This document shows positions 11,727-22,865 of a DNA stretch of 64,000 bases, one piece after another. The position numbers and the translations under genes are program-made. The first letter of the stretch is position 1. Every line of letters starts with the position of its first letter. This stretch comes from Macrostomum hystrix (lineage: Eukaryota > Animalia > Platyhelminthes), in NCBI GenBank assembly GCA_950097015.1, contig CATNEN010000005.1, positions 3,596,001-3,660,000 on the forward strand, given 5' to 3'. Below the pieces are notes generated by a model. That model made no database searches. It saw only the letters and a list, made by a program, of their open reading frames with translations, and had not been told where the DNA came from.

Positions 11727-11904
11727 GACACCCCGAAGAGAATCCTTGAATACCTTGACGATGCCGATGTTTTGTGATTTTGGAAATTGTTTCACCGGAT
11801 AGGGCGGAGCAGTTCAGCCCGTGTTCTGCATTTTCGAGAATATGCAGGTCGGTCGAATATTTTAGGAGATACAGAAAAAAGTTACGTGCATTTGAAATAC
11901 CCCC
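11727..11904 (+). repeat. Unclassified dispersed repeat (copy 1)
   Basis: GACACCCCGAAGAGAATCCTTGAATACCTTGACGATGCCGATGTTTTGTGATTTTGGAA...TTTAGGAGATACAGA aligns by eye with 36741-36910. Confidence 0.7.
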
Positions 11905-11923
11905 GTTCCCGTACTGTTAAGTA

Positions 11924-12692
11924 CGAGGGGTGTTGCAAAAGTTTCCGGACTAATGCTAATCCTGGTGACAATTCGTGTTTGATTTGGCTGAAAATTGATG
12001 TCTATGGTATTCAGCCGTAGAAAAGACTTTTCCTAAAATGTTATGCAGCTCAGTCAACCACAGCATACATGAGGGCCAAAATAGGTTGCAACCCTTTGAA
12101 GCTTTTGACACGATTTTTCACAAACCAAAAGTGAGTGAAAATGAGTCGACCGAAGAATCCATCGGAGTTCGGGTCTAAGAAAGCCAGCTTCCAACGACTG
12201 CTGAACCACCCAGCCTACAGTCCCGATCTCGCCGTCGCCGAATTCCACCTCTTTGGCCCAATGAACATGCCAATGCGGGGCGAGATCTTCACAATGCGCG
12301 AGGAGGTCATCGAAGCAGCCAACAAATCTCTACGTCAGTTCGATGCCAGCTTCTGGGGGTCTGGCTTCGACATGCTGATTGAGCGCTACCGAAAATGCAT
12401 CTCCGTAAATGGCGAATACGTGGAGCGAGCCAGCAATCAACCTGTGGACGCATCCGGCGATAGAAGCGAAAGTGACAGTGATTGGTAGCTGTAACTCGGA
12501 AATCGTATTTCATGACTATAATAATCTAGTGTACAATCGCTTATTACTTTGGACCATCAATTCCAAACTTTCTGAAACTTTATAATATTATAAAATACAG
12601 TTGCCTGTTCGTCTGTTTAAATTTTTTGCTGAATCAGGCTAAAATTATCACCATGACGAGCATTAGTCCGGAAACTATTGCAACACCCCTCG
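11924..12692 (+). mobile_element. Internally deleted Tc1/mariner element (769 bp)
   Basis: 34-bp TIRs CGAGGGGTGTTGCAAAAGTTTCCGGACTAATGCT (one mismatch), TA duplicated at 11922-23 and 12693-94. Contains only the C-terminal part of a transposase. Confidence 0.93.
12135..12488 (+). pseudogene. Truncated mariner-type transposase (C-terminal fragment)
   Basis: HPAYSPDLAVAEFHLFGPM...RGEIF...F...GFDMLIERYRKCISVNGEYVE matches the mariner YSPDLAPxD and C-terminal helix pattern. The first two catalytic Asp and the HTH are absent. Confidence 0.88.
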
Positions 12693-12892
12693 TACTTAGT
12701 CTGACGTGAGGACTCGAGAAGTGACAAGCCAGCGTCTTAAAAAAGCATTTCTGCCGGTGAGAACAACAACCTACTCAATTACACATGCTGCACAACAATG
12801 CGAATCTAAAATACAGTTTGACTAAAACAGACTTGATAGATACGAAAAACACAAACAAGCTTTTTCTCAGAAAATCCACGACAATTTGCGAG

Positions 12893-13854
12893 TCAGTCGT
12901 CGCCAATCGGGCAGCTCAGCAAAGCTACGGCTGCCTGAGCAGCCTCGTCAACCGCATCAGAGATCTGATCCCGATGACGAGTGATGAGCGTCGAGCGCCC
13001 GCCGACGTTGCCAACGCCGGTGCCGACTGTGCCAGGCGACACAGTGGCCGATACAGCCACGGCGCCACCCGCTGTGTTAGCAGCAGCCGCAGCCGTGGAA
13101 TTTCTGGGCCTTCCTAGGCGAAAAAATTGGCGAGCCCTTCGACGAAACGGAGTGTAGCAGGCGAAGTAGATGAAGAAATTGCACAGCGAGTCAATGTTAG
13201 CCGGTAGATAGCTGAAGTACATCAGGTAGAAAATAGCCAGATGATAATTGTGCAACAGGCAGGTGAAAATGTATGACACTGCTGTCATAGCGAAGAATGG
13301 CACTTCAAATATTAGAAAAGTGCCAAGAAGTGTGAAGATGGTCCTTGTTACGGTGCGTTTTCGTCTGAGCAGCGATTGCGTCAATCGACGCGTGTGAAGC
13401 GCGCTGCTACGAGGCGAGTTCAGCAGATTTCGCGGATGCTGGCAGACCATCTGCAGTAGCTGCTGCTGCTGCTGCTGCGCTGAGTTGCGTCCATTGCCGC
13501 TGCCGATGCTATTCTGATTGGCGCTAACAGCAGAGATCGTTCCGCCATTGTCGGCGAGTGGAAGCAGATGGCGCGGCATGCGGCCGCTTCGCCGTATAGT
13601 CAGGAAGCCGCAGCCAAGAATGATGGCGAATGTCATCAGATTGCACACAGCGCCATAGACAATATGGTAGCGCATCTGAGAGCAGGTTTTGTTGACAAAG
13701 TGCACGGGCAGGAGCAATAAGCCGGCGATGAAGAACATTCCAGTGAGGATTAGCAGGAAGGCGTTGTTTCCGTAGATGTTGAATCGCGGGCGCAGTGGCT
13801 TGGTTACTGCGTCCCAACGCGTCACGGCAATAAGGGCTACCCAGAAGTTCCGCA
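12893..13854 (-). CDS. Rhodopsin-like (class A) orphan peptide-type GPCR, exon 2 (TM3-TM7, C-tail)
   Basis: Phase-1 acceptor tttcAG (13856-55). TM3 end ALIAVTRWDAVTKPL (DRY position), TM4, TM5, long ICL3, TM6 TFLIFEVP, TM7 NIDSLCNFFIY. Stop ends at 12893. Confidence 0.88.
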
Positions 13855-14195
13855 CTGAAATTTTTAGCGGGTGTAGATTAAGAGGCTTGTTTTTGGGGGT
13901 GAATGGACGGCAGGATGTTAGAAATCAAAACATGATCAAACCAGGAGGTGTAGTTAGTCAACCAATCACTGAGTAGTTAGAGAAAGGAAAGGACGCGCGG
14001 AGTTCAGGTTGACACGGTCAAGTCAGCCAATCGGAGAAGAGTTACGGAAAGGAAAGGGTTCGGGGTTGGTGCTTCTATTGCTATCCAATATGAGATAGGC
14101 GGGTTGGCTTACTTTAATCAGAGTGGCATTTGAAGAAGATGCAGATTTAAGGCTAAATAAATAGATAGATAGATAGATAGAGACAGTCCTCTCAC

Positions 14196-14649
14196 CCGAA
14201 ATGGACACAATTCGTATGTCGCTGCAGATTTCCAGCACTTTAGAAATGACGGATGATGACAAAACCCCCTGTTCCAGCACGCCATCAGATGCGGCCGCCA
14301 AGGCGGCTGCCGACGCAGTCTGGCTGCAGAAGGCAGTCCGTAGCGAGACCATTGTCAGACTATAAATAGCCGAAGATACCTGTTGAATGCATTCAACTAC
14401 TGACAGATAGTAGAGCATGACGCGCATTCTCGACTGCTGTTCGCGTTTAGTGCGCAGTATTAGTACGGCCAGCAGGTTGGTGAGAAATGCGGCCAAATTG
14501 ATGCACAAATCGGCAGCCAAAATTTTCATTACACTGCCGAACGCTTCTAAGCACATGAAATTGAGGTCCAATACAAAGCGAGAACTGCCATTAACTGCAG
14601 TGGCTTCAATTTGTGGCAAACTGGAAGGAGTTACAACTTTTTGATTCAT
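14196..14649 (-). CDS. Rhodopsin-like GPCR, exon 1 (N-term, TM1-TM3 start)
   Basis: ATG at 14649 (MNQKVV...), N-glycosylation sequon NGS, TM1 (CINLAAFLTNLLAVLIL), TM2 (LYYLSVVECI), ECL1 Cys. Donor G|gtgaga at 14195 (phase 1) joins exon 2 into a 471-aa protein. Confidence 0.82.
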
Positions 14650-14946
14650 TTTAATGATTACAGGCCTAGCTGTTTGGGATCGATAACACCTTGTCAAAGT
14701 TTGTCAGTTCGAGTTAAATATGCCATGATCAGATCCGAGTCTGGCTTATAAGTAGATTTGTCTTTTTAAAACTATTCTGATTGGACAGTTTGTCTGCCAG
14801 CCAATAACAGAGCAGGGTGAGGATTTTGATTAGTTTGACTTCTAAGCTCATTGCTTCACATATTTGGCCCCTAATGTCTGATAACAGACAAGTCTCAGTA
14901 ACCATGCCGTAAATAAGTAGATTTCTGTGACAATCTAATAATTTCT

Positions 14947-15556
14947 CATATCCTATATTATCCCATCCTATATTATCCCATCCTATATTATCCCATCCGA
15001 TATTATCCCATCCTATATCACCCCATCCTATATTATCCCATCCTATATTATCCCATCCTATATTATCCCATCCTATATTATCCCATCCTATATTATCCCA
15101 TCCTATATTATCCCATCCTATATCACCCCATCCTATATTATCCCATCCTATATTATCCCATCCTATATTATCCCATCCTATATTATCCCATCCTATATTA
15201 TCCCATCCTATATTATCCCATCCTATATTATCCCATCCTATATTATCCCATCCTATATTATCCCATCCTATATTATCCCATCCTATATTATCCCATCCTA
15301 TATTATCCCATCCTATATTATCCCATCCTATATTATCCCATCCTATATTATCCCATCCTATATTATCCCATCCTATATTATCCCATCCTATATTATCCCA
15401 TCCGATATTATCCCATCCTATATCACCCCATCCTATATTATCCCATCCTATATTATCCCATCCTATATTATCCCATCCTATATTATCCCATCCTATATTA
15501 TCCCATCCTATATTATCCCATCCCATATTATCCTATCCTATATTATCCCATCCTAT
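14947..15556 (+). repeat. 15-bp minisatellite (TATTATCCCATCCTA), ~40 copies
   Basis: Directly visible. Explains the GWDNI-repeat ORF 14729..15526. Confidence 0.97.
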
Positions 15557-15972
15557 AAAGCATACAAATATTGCAACCTCAAGACATTCTAAGATAGAAA
15601 CCAAACGGGCTCTCTCGTCATAATCGAACAAGCCAAGTTCACTAGTCAGTGAAGCCCCATGAATAACTAATTACTAGACTTGGTAAGCGAATTGTACCGG
15701 GCGGCAATGTATTTGCTACCTATAATTCGTTGCCATTATCAACAACATCCAGGAGCACAATACGCTCGTAATCTACAGCACATTCTCATTGTCAAAGAAA
15801 GGCTACCTTGTTATAAGGGGCGAAATGAGACTTTCGAAAAATATGATTAAAACTCTTCCACTTCTGAGACAGAAATTTTGTCAGTAGATCCCATTTTGCC
15901 AGTCTTTCAGGCCGACTGTCAAGCAACTAATTATCTAATCAATGAGATGATAAAAAAACAGCAATAGATATC

Positions 15973-16775
15973 CTGTCTGTCTCATCCCTCCCGTGTCTCA
16001 TCTCTCCCGTGTCTCATCTCTCTCGTGTCTAATCCCTCCCCTGTCTCATCTCTCCCGTGTCTCATCTCTCCCATGTCTCATCCCTCCCGTGTCTCATCTC
16101 TCCCGTGTCTCATCTCTCCCGTGTCTCATCTCTCCCGTGTCTCATCTCTCTCGTGTCAAAACCCTCCCCTGTCTCATCCCTCCCGTGCCTCATCCCTCCC
16201 GTGTCTCATCCCTCCCGTGTCTCATCTCTCCCGTGTCTCATCTCTCCCGTGTCTCATCTCTCCCATGTCTCATCTCTCCCCTGTCTCATCCCTCCCGTGT
16301 CTCATCTCTCCCGTGTCTCATCTCTCCCGTGTCTCATCTCTCCTGTCTCTCATCTCTCCTGTGTCTCATTTCTCCCGTGTCTCATCTCTCCCGTGTCTCA
16401 TCTCTCCCGTGTCTCATCTCTCCCGTGTCTCATCTCTCCCATGTCTCATCTCTCCCGTGTCTCATCTCTCCCATGTCTCATCCCTCCCGTGTCTCATCTC
16501 TCCCGTGTCTCATCTCTCCCGTGTCTCATCTCTCCCGTGTCTCATCTCTCCCGTGTCTCATCCCTCCCGTGTCTCATCTCTCCCGTGTCTCATCTCTCCC
16601 ATGTCTCATCTCTCCCGTGTCTCATCTCTCCCGTGTCTCATCTCTCCCGTGTCTCATCTCTCCCGTGTCTCATCTCTCCCGTGTCTCATCTCTCCCGTGT
16701 CTCATCTCTCCCGTGTCTCATCTCCCCTGTCTCTCATCTCTCCTGTGTCTCATTTCTCCCGTGTTTCATCTCTCT
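15973..16775 (+). repeat. 16-bp minisatellite (GTCTCATCTCTCCCGT), GAGACA family, reverse orientation
   Basis: Directly visible. The reverse complement ACGGGAGAGATGAGAC matches the 23.7 kb array and the subunits of the giant array. Confidence 0.96.
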
Positions 16776-17436
16776 CTATCTAATCAACCAATCAATCAAT
16801 CAAGTGATCTATCCATTTTAAAGCAATTTCTTACTTTGTTACTATCAGTGAGAAGTATTTTTTTCATAAAAGCCTGTAAATTTTTGTATAAAAGTGCAAT
16901 CCTCTAACCAGTGGCATAGAAATGCATTTTGTCTACACATTAAATCGGAGAATTAAAACTATATTTTTCGCTCAAGAATCAAACATCAGGAATTGTCTGC
17001 CAACAATCAATGCGGGCTTACTAGTTGTCTAGTACAGTTGAACTGAAATCTGCAGCACAAAATCTTGATTTGCATTTGCTATAATTCTTCCATTTTCCAG
17101 GGCTGTTTGTTGATCTAGGCTTTCGTCGCTGCCTCTAAGATCATTATAAAAGCGAAAAACACGGACTCAGTCCGAAAATTCTTCAGTAGGGAATATTTTT
17201 TAATTACAAAAAAACTAATTGAAACTGTTTTAAATCACGTTTAAAACAGAATCGGGACTTTAATATTAACAAGGAGCAATAGAGAGAAAAAAATAATTCT
17301 CGTCGGCAGTGGCGAAAATTCAAAATCGAGAAAAAAATAGTTTTTTTACTGTCGACGATCATGTTAGCACGCAGTGAGAGTGGAGAGTGGAACTATATAG
17401 TTTTATAGTAACTATATAGTAACTATATAGTAACTA

Positions 17437-18810
17437 CTTCGGGTGTCCGGAAAGTCATGAGAATGTGTTATTCTAACTACTTAGACACAAGCTATTGACA
17501 AGATACTGTACCATTCTAACACTTGACTTAATATATGTCTATGGCTGAAAGAGCTAGATTCTTGCTTCAAATTTGGGGGTAAGGCTGATGGTTATAACTT
17601 AGAAGTCTAGGCCACTGCAACGCAGAGGCAAAGCAAGCATCTATCGTTACTTTTTTCTTCATTGATCCTTGCTGCTGCTTTGAGATGGACGAGTTTCAAG
17701 CTTATGCTTATACCAGGTATAAGCTTGGTATATCTGCTCCTGATTGCCATGGAGAACTGCTGAAAGTGCATGGAGATGTGGCGCCTGGTCTGTCATCAGT
17801 GTACCGATGGTATACACAAGGTTCCATGACGAGTTGTACCCACTGGCCCAAGCTGCCCGTACTGGCCGGCCGGGATTGACGAGAACACCAGAGCTGATCG
17901 AGACCTGCAGAAATCTCGTGAAAGAAGACCCAAAAGTGAGTGTCAGAGATCTTGCTGACTTCATGGAAGTTGGGAAATCAACAGTGCATGAAATATTGAC
18001 TGAAGACCTGCAACTTCGCAATGTGTCTGCCGTGTGGGTCCCGCATGTTCTCTCCGAGGAGAACAAGGTTGCTCGCGTCAATTGTGCCAAGCAAATACGT
18101 CGGATTTTTCATACCGAGGGCATGACCAGCTTCTGCAACAAGTACGTGGTGGAGGACGAGACATGGGTGTACCTTAAAAACACTGGTAAACGGCAGAACA
18201 ACCGGTGCTGGCTGGGTCAAGGCGACCATCGACCTCAAGTTGTGAGACACTCAGTCGGGGACCCAAAGACAATGCTGGTAGTCGCTTTCACCCCAAGCAA
18301 GCGATTCTCTATCATGTCAACGGCGCCAAAGCAGACTGTTGATGCCAATCGCATCGTTGAATTCGTTCGACACACAGGTGACCTATGGCGGAGCCTCAGA
18401 TCACAGCCAATTCATCTGTCCGAAGTCTTGTGGCAGTGGGACAACGCACGACCTCATGTGGCCCAGCCTGTGCAGCAGTACATGGAGACTCGTGGAGTTC
18501 AACTGCTTTTTCAGAGTCCCTACAGCCCTGATTTCAATTTATGCGACCGTTTTTTCTTCAATTGGCTGAAATCGGACTTCTCGAAGCGGGAGTTCAGCAG
18601 CCACGATGAGGTCCGCGAGGCCGCGTTGCAGTGGGCGAGGGGTCTGGATGCAAACTGCTTGAAACGCGAGGTTCTACGGCTCGTGGAGCACTGCCAAGCT
18701 GTGATTGACTTCAGGGGAAATTACATTACTGATTAGTAAAGTTTCACTGTTCTGCGCGTTTTTATAATTAACCTTTTGTAGTTTTCTCATGACTTTCCGG
18801 ACACCCGGAA
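17437..18810 (+). mobile_element. Full-length mariner (DD34D) element, 1374 bp
   Basis: TIRs (c/t)t(t/c)cGGGTGTCCGGAAAGTCATGAGAA at both ends, TA duplication at 17435-36 and 18811-12, transposase inside. Confidence 0.95.
17685..18736 (+). CDS. Mariner transposase, ~349 aa, interrupted by one frameshift near 17810
   Basis: The N-terminal HTH (MDEFQAY...VYRWY) is in one frame and continues in another (RFHD...GRP...WVPHVL...DETWVY...DNARPH...YSPDFNLCD). 34 residues counted between the 2nd and 3rd Asp. Confidence 0.92.
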
Positions 18811-19048
18811 TATATGGAACTATTGGGTCTTTCTCTTTACTTCTTTGCCAACAGTAAATCCGAAAATAGATATTGTCTTATCAAAAGAAAGATTTAAATT
18901 ACGCATAAAATACACTGAAATAGGATATATTATTGGTTCTTTAGCAGCAGATGTAACACTCACTCACGCATGTGTCTGTAAAGAATTCCTAAAAAAACAG
19001 AAATCTTATAGAGTTAGATGCACTTTTCGACAGATAGACACAATGAAA

Positions 19049-19200
19049 AAACAGACAGACAGGCGGACAGACAGACAGGCGGACAGACAGACAGGCGGAC
19101 AGACAGACAGGCGGACAGACAGACAGGCGGACAGACAGACAGGCGGACAGAAAGACAGGCGGACAGACAGACAGACAGACAGACAGACAGGTGGACAGAC
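19049..19200 (+). repeat. GACA-rich 16-bp repeat (AGACAGACAGGCGGAC)
   Basis: Directly visible. Confidence 0.93.
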
Positions 19201-20085
19201 AGTATGACTGATTATAGTCAACTGCATGACTTATCATAGTCAACTGCATGACTGATCATAGTCAACTGCATGACTGATCATAGTCAACTGCATGACTGAT
19301 CATAGTCAACTGTATGACTGATTATATTCAACTGCATGACTGATTATAGTCAACTGTATGACTGATCATAGTCAACTGCATGACTGATTATATTCAACTG
19401 CATGACTGATTATAGTCAACTGTATGACTGATTATACTCAGCTGTATGACTGATTATAGTCAACTGTATGACTGATCATAGTTAACTGCATGACTGATTA
19501 TAGTCAACTGCATGACTGATCATAGTCAACTGTATGACTGATCATAGTCAACTGTATGACTGATCATAGTCAACTGCATGACTGATTATAGTCAACTGTA
19601 TGACTGATCATAGTCAACTGCATGACTGATCATAGTCAACTGCATGACTGATCATAGTCAACTGTATGACTGATCATAGTCAACTGTATGACTGATCATA
19701 GTCAACTGTATGACTGATCATAGTCAACTGTATGACTGATCATAGTCAACTGCATGACTGATCATAGTCAACTGCATTACTGGTCATAGTCAACTGTATG
19801 ACTGATCATAGTCAGCTGTATGACTGATCATAGTCAACTGTATAATTCTTCATAGTCAACTGCATTACTGGTCATAGTTAACTGTATGACTGATCATAGT
19901 CAACTGTATGACTGATCATAGTCAACTGTATGACTGATCATAGTCAACTGCATGACTGATCATAGTCAGCTGTATGACTGATCATAGTCAACTGCATTAC
20001 TGGTCATAGTCAACTGTATAATTCTTCATAGTCAACTGTATGACTGGTCATAGTGAACTGAATGAATGGTCATAGTGAACTGTAG
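19201..20085 (+). repeat. 22-bp minisatellite A (CATAGTCAACTGYATGACTGAT), ~40 copies
   Basis: Directly visible. The last units grade into the B-type unit. Confidence 0.95.
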
Positions 20086-20363
20086 GAATCGCACATCTAA
20101 GGATTGGTCATGCAAGCTGTTGAAGACAAAGGGTCATTGACAATCAAATAGTAATCTATAAATTCTAGAAATACCTTAGTTAATCATGATTTGATCGTAG
20201 CTTTAAGACGCAATTAATATGGAGAAAATATTTATTTCTCTGTTTCTAGACCGTAAATATTTAGGTAAGAATGTCACTTAGCAACTAGTATTGATTAGCA
20301 ACTTAGCTACTAGATTTTTATTGTTTTATTACGATTCGTTTTGTTAAAATAATTAGTTATCAA

Positions 20364-20621
20364 TCAGTCGTCACAGGCTCCGTGCTGAGAGCAGGCGTCG
20401 TTAAGCATGTCGTGAGCTTGAATGATACCTTTGGCGGCCGCCCTGTGTAAATATTTTCTAGCCTCGCCCGGTTTCAAATCGCTGGGCAAGCCTTTGAGAT
20501 GGCCCACTGCCAAATTGTAGGACGCGTGCGGATGGCCTCTCTCAGCCGCGGATTTGAACCAGCGCATCGCCTCGCCGTGATGCTTGTCGACGCCTTTGCC
20601 GTGAAGGTAGCGCTGGCCTAC
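20364..20621 (-). CDS. TM + Sel1-like repeat protein, exon 2 (Sel1 repeats)
   Basis: Phase-0 acceptor tatctcCAG (20624-22). VGQRYLHGKGVDKHHGEAMRWFKSAAERGHPHASYNLAVGHLKG...ARKYLHRAAAKG is typical Sel1 (SLR) repeat consensus. Minus-strand AATAAA near 20231. Confidence 0.88.
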   Translation of the reverse strand, partial: VGQRYLHGKGVDKHHGEAMRWFKSAAERGHPHASYNLAVGHLKGLPSDLKPGEARKYLHRAAAKGIIQAHDMLNDACSQHGACDD

Positions 20622-20628
20622 CTGGAGA

Positions 20629-22381
20629 TAGGATTGGTCATAGTGAACTGTAGGATTGGTCATAGTGAACTGTAGGATTGGTCATAGTGAACTGTAGGAT
20701 TGGTCATAGTGAACTCTAGGATTGGTCATAGTGAACTGTAGGATTGGTCATAGTGAACTGTAGGATTGTTCATAGTGAACTGTAGGATTGGTCATAGTGA
20801 ACTGTAGGATTGGTCATAGTGAACTGTAGGATTGGTCATAGTGAACTGTAGGATTGGTCATAGTGAACTGTAGGATTGGTCATAGTGAACTGTAGGATTG
20901 GTCATAGTGAACTGTAGGATTGGTCATAGTGAACTGTAGGATTGGTCATAGTGAACTGTAGGATTGGTCATAGTGAACTGTAGGATTGGTCATAGTGAAT
21001 TGTAGGATTGGTCATAGTGAACTGTAGGATTGGTCATAGTGAACTGTAGGATTGGTCATAGTGAATTTGTAGGATTGGTCATAGTGAACTGTAGGATTGG
21101 TCATAGTGAACTGTAGGATTGGTCATAGTGAACTGTAGGATTGGTCATAGTGAACTCTAGGATTGGTCATAGTGAACTGTAGGATTGGTCATAGTGAACT
21201 GTAGGATTGGTCATAGTGAACTCTAGGATTGGTCATAGTGAACTGTAGGATTGGTCATAGTGAACTGTAGGATTGTTCATAGTGAACTGTAGGATTGGTC
21301 ATAGTGAACTGTAGGATTGGTCATAGTGAACTGTAGGATTGGTCATAGTGAACTGTAGGATTGGTCATAGTGAACTGTAGGATTGGTCATAGTGAACTGT
21401 AGGATTGGTCATAGTGAACTGTAGGATTGGTCATAGTGAACTGTAGGATTGGTCATAGTGAACTGTAGGATTGGTCATAGTGAACTGTAGGATTGGTCAT
21501 AGTGAACTGTAGGATTGGTCATAGTGAACTGTAGGATTGGTCATAGTGAACTGTAGGATTGGTCATAGTGAACTGTAGGATTGGTCATAGTGAACTGTAG
21601 GATTGGTCATAGTGAACTGTAGGATTGGTCATAGTGAACTGTAGGATTGGTCATAGTGAACTGTAGGATTGGTCATAGTGAACTGTAGGATTGGTCATAG
21701 TGAACTGTAGGATTGGTCATAGTGAACTGTAGGATTGGTCATAGTGAACTGTAGGATTGGTCATAGTGAACTGTAGGATTGGTCATAGTGAACTGTAGGA
21801 TTGGTCATAGTGAACTGTAGGATTGGTCATAGTGAATTGTAGGATTGGTCATAGTGAACTGTAGGATTGGTCATAGTGAATTGTAGGATTGGTCATAGTG
21901 AACTGTAGGATTGGTCATAGTGAACTGTAGGATTGGTCATAGTGAACTGTAGGATTGGTCATAGTGAACTGTAGGATTGGTCATAGTGAACTGTAGGATT
22001 GGTCATAGTGAACTGTAGGATTGGTCATAGTGAACTGTAGGATTGGTCATAGTGAACTGTAGGATTGGTCATAGTGAACTGTAGGATTGGTCATAGTGAA
22101 CTGTAGGATTGGTCATAGTGAACTGTAGGATTGGTCATAGTGAACTGTAGGATTGGTCATAGTGAACTGTAGGATTGGTCATAGTGAACTGTAGGATTGG
22201 TCATAGTGAACTGTAGGATTGGTCATAGTGAACTGTAGGATTGGTCATAGTGAACTGTAGGATTGGTCATAGTGAATTGTAGGATTGGTCATAGTGAACT
22301 GTAGGATTGGTCATAGTGAACTGTAGGATTGGTCATAGTGAATTGTAGGATTGGTCATAGTGAACTGTAGGATTGGTCATA
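20629..22381 (+). repeat. 22-bp minisatellite B (CATAGTGAACTGTAGGATTGGT), ~80 copies, fills the Sel1-gene intron
   Basis: Directly visible, highly homogeneous. Confidence 0.97.
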
Positions 22382-22598
22382 GGAATATATTGATTTTGGT
22401 CATTATCGTCTTGGTCATAGAGACAAATTGGGTCTAAGAGGCCAATAGAATTGCGTCACACATGCTAATAAAATTGTGTCATTTAGATACAGGCCAACGT
22501 TATTTTGGGTCATTGAGACAAGCATGATTGTGTCGTACTGTCGAACAGCTTTCGGTCATAAGTCGCAAACTCAATGGACAAAATCTTCAGCCACTAAC

Positions 22599-22865
22599 CT
22601 GATGCTGTGCGTCCTCATAGCCCAGATGAGCATAGGCCTTAGTGACGTGAAAGTGCAAATGATCGAAATGATTATAGGCGTAATAAGCGAAGCAGAATGT
22701 GGCAAACAGGATGCCAACTTCGAGACCTATAATCCACCAAGGATCAGATTTCTTCTGCCTGGCAAGATAGACTTTATCAGCGTAAGGAGGAAGCGGCTGA
22801 TAACGGTACTGGTCCCGCTGCTGCTGCTGCTGCTGCTGCGCTCGCTGACGAAGCATAGACGACAT
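22599..22865 (-). CDS. TM + Sel1-like repeat protein, exon 1
   Basis: MSSMLRQR-polyQ...PWWIIGLEVGILFATFCFAYYAY (TM)...YAHLGYEDAQHQ (start of a Sel1 repeat). Donor CAG|gttagt at 22598, phase 0, gives AQHQ|VGQRYLHG and a 174-aa protein. Confidence 0.85.
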
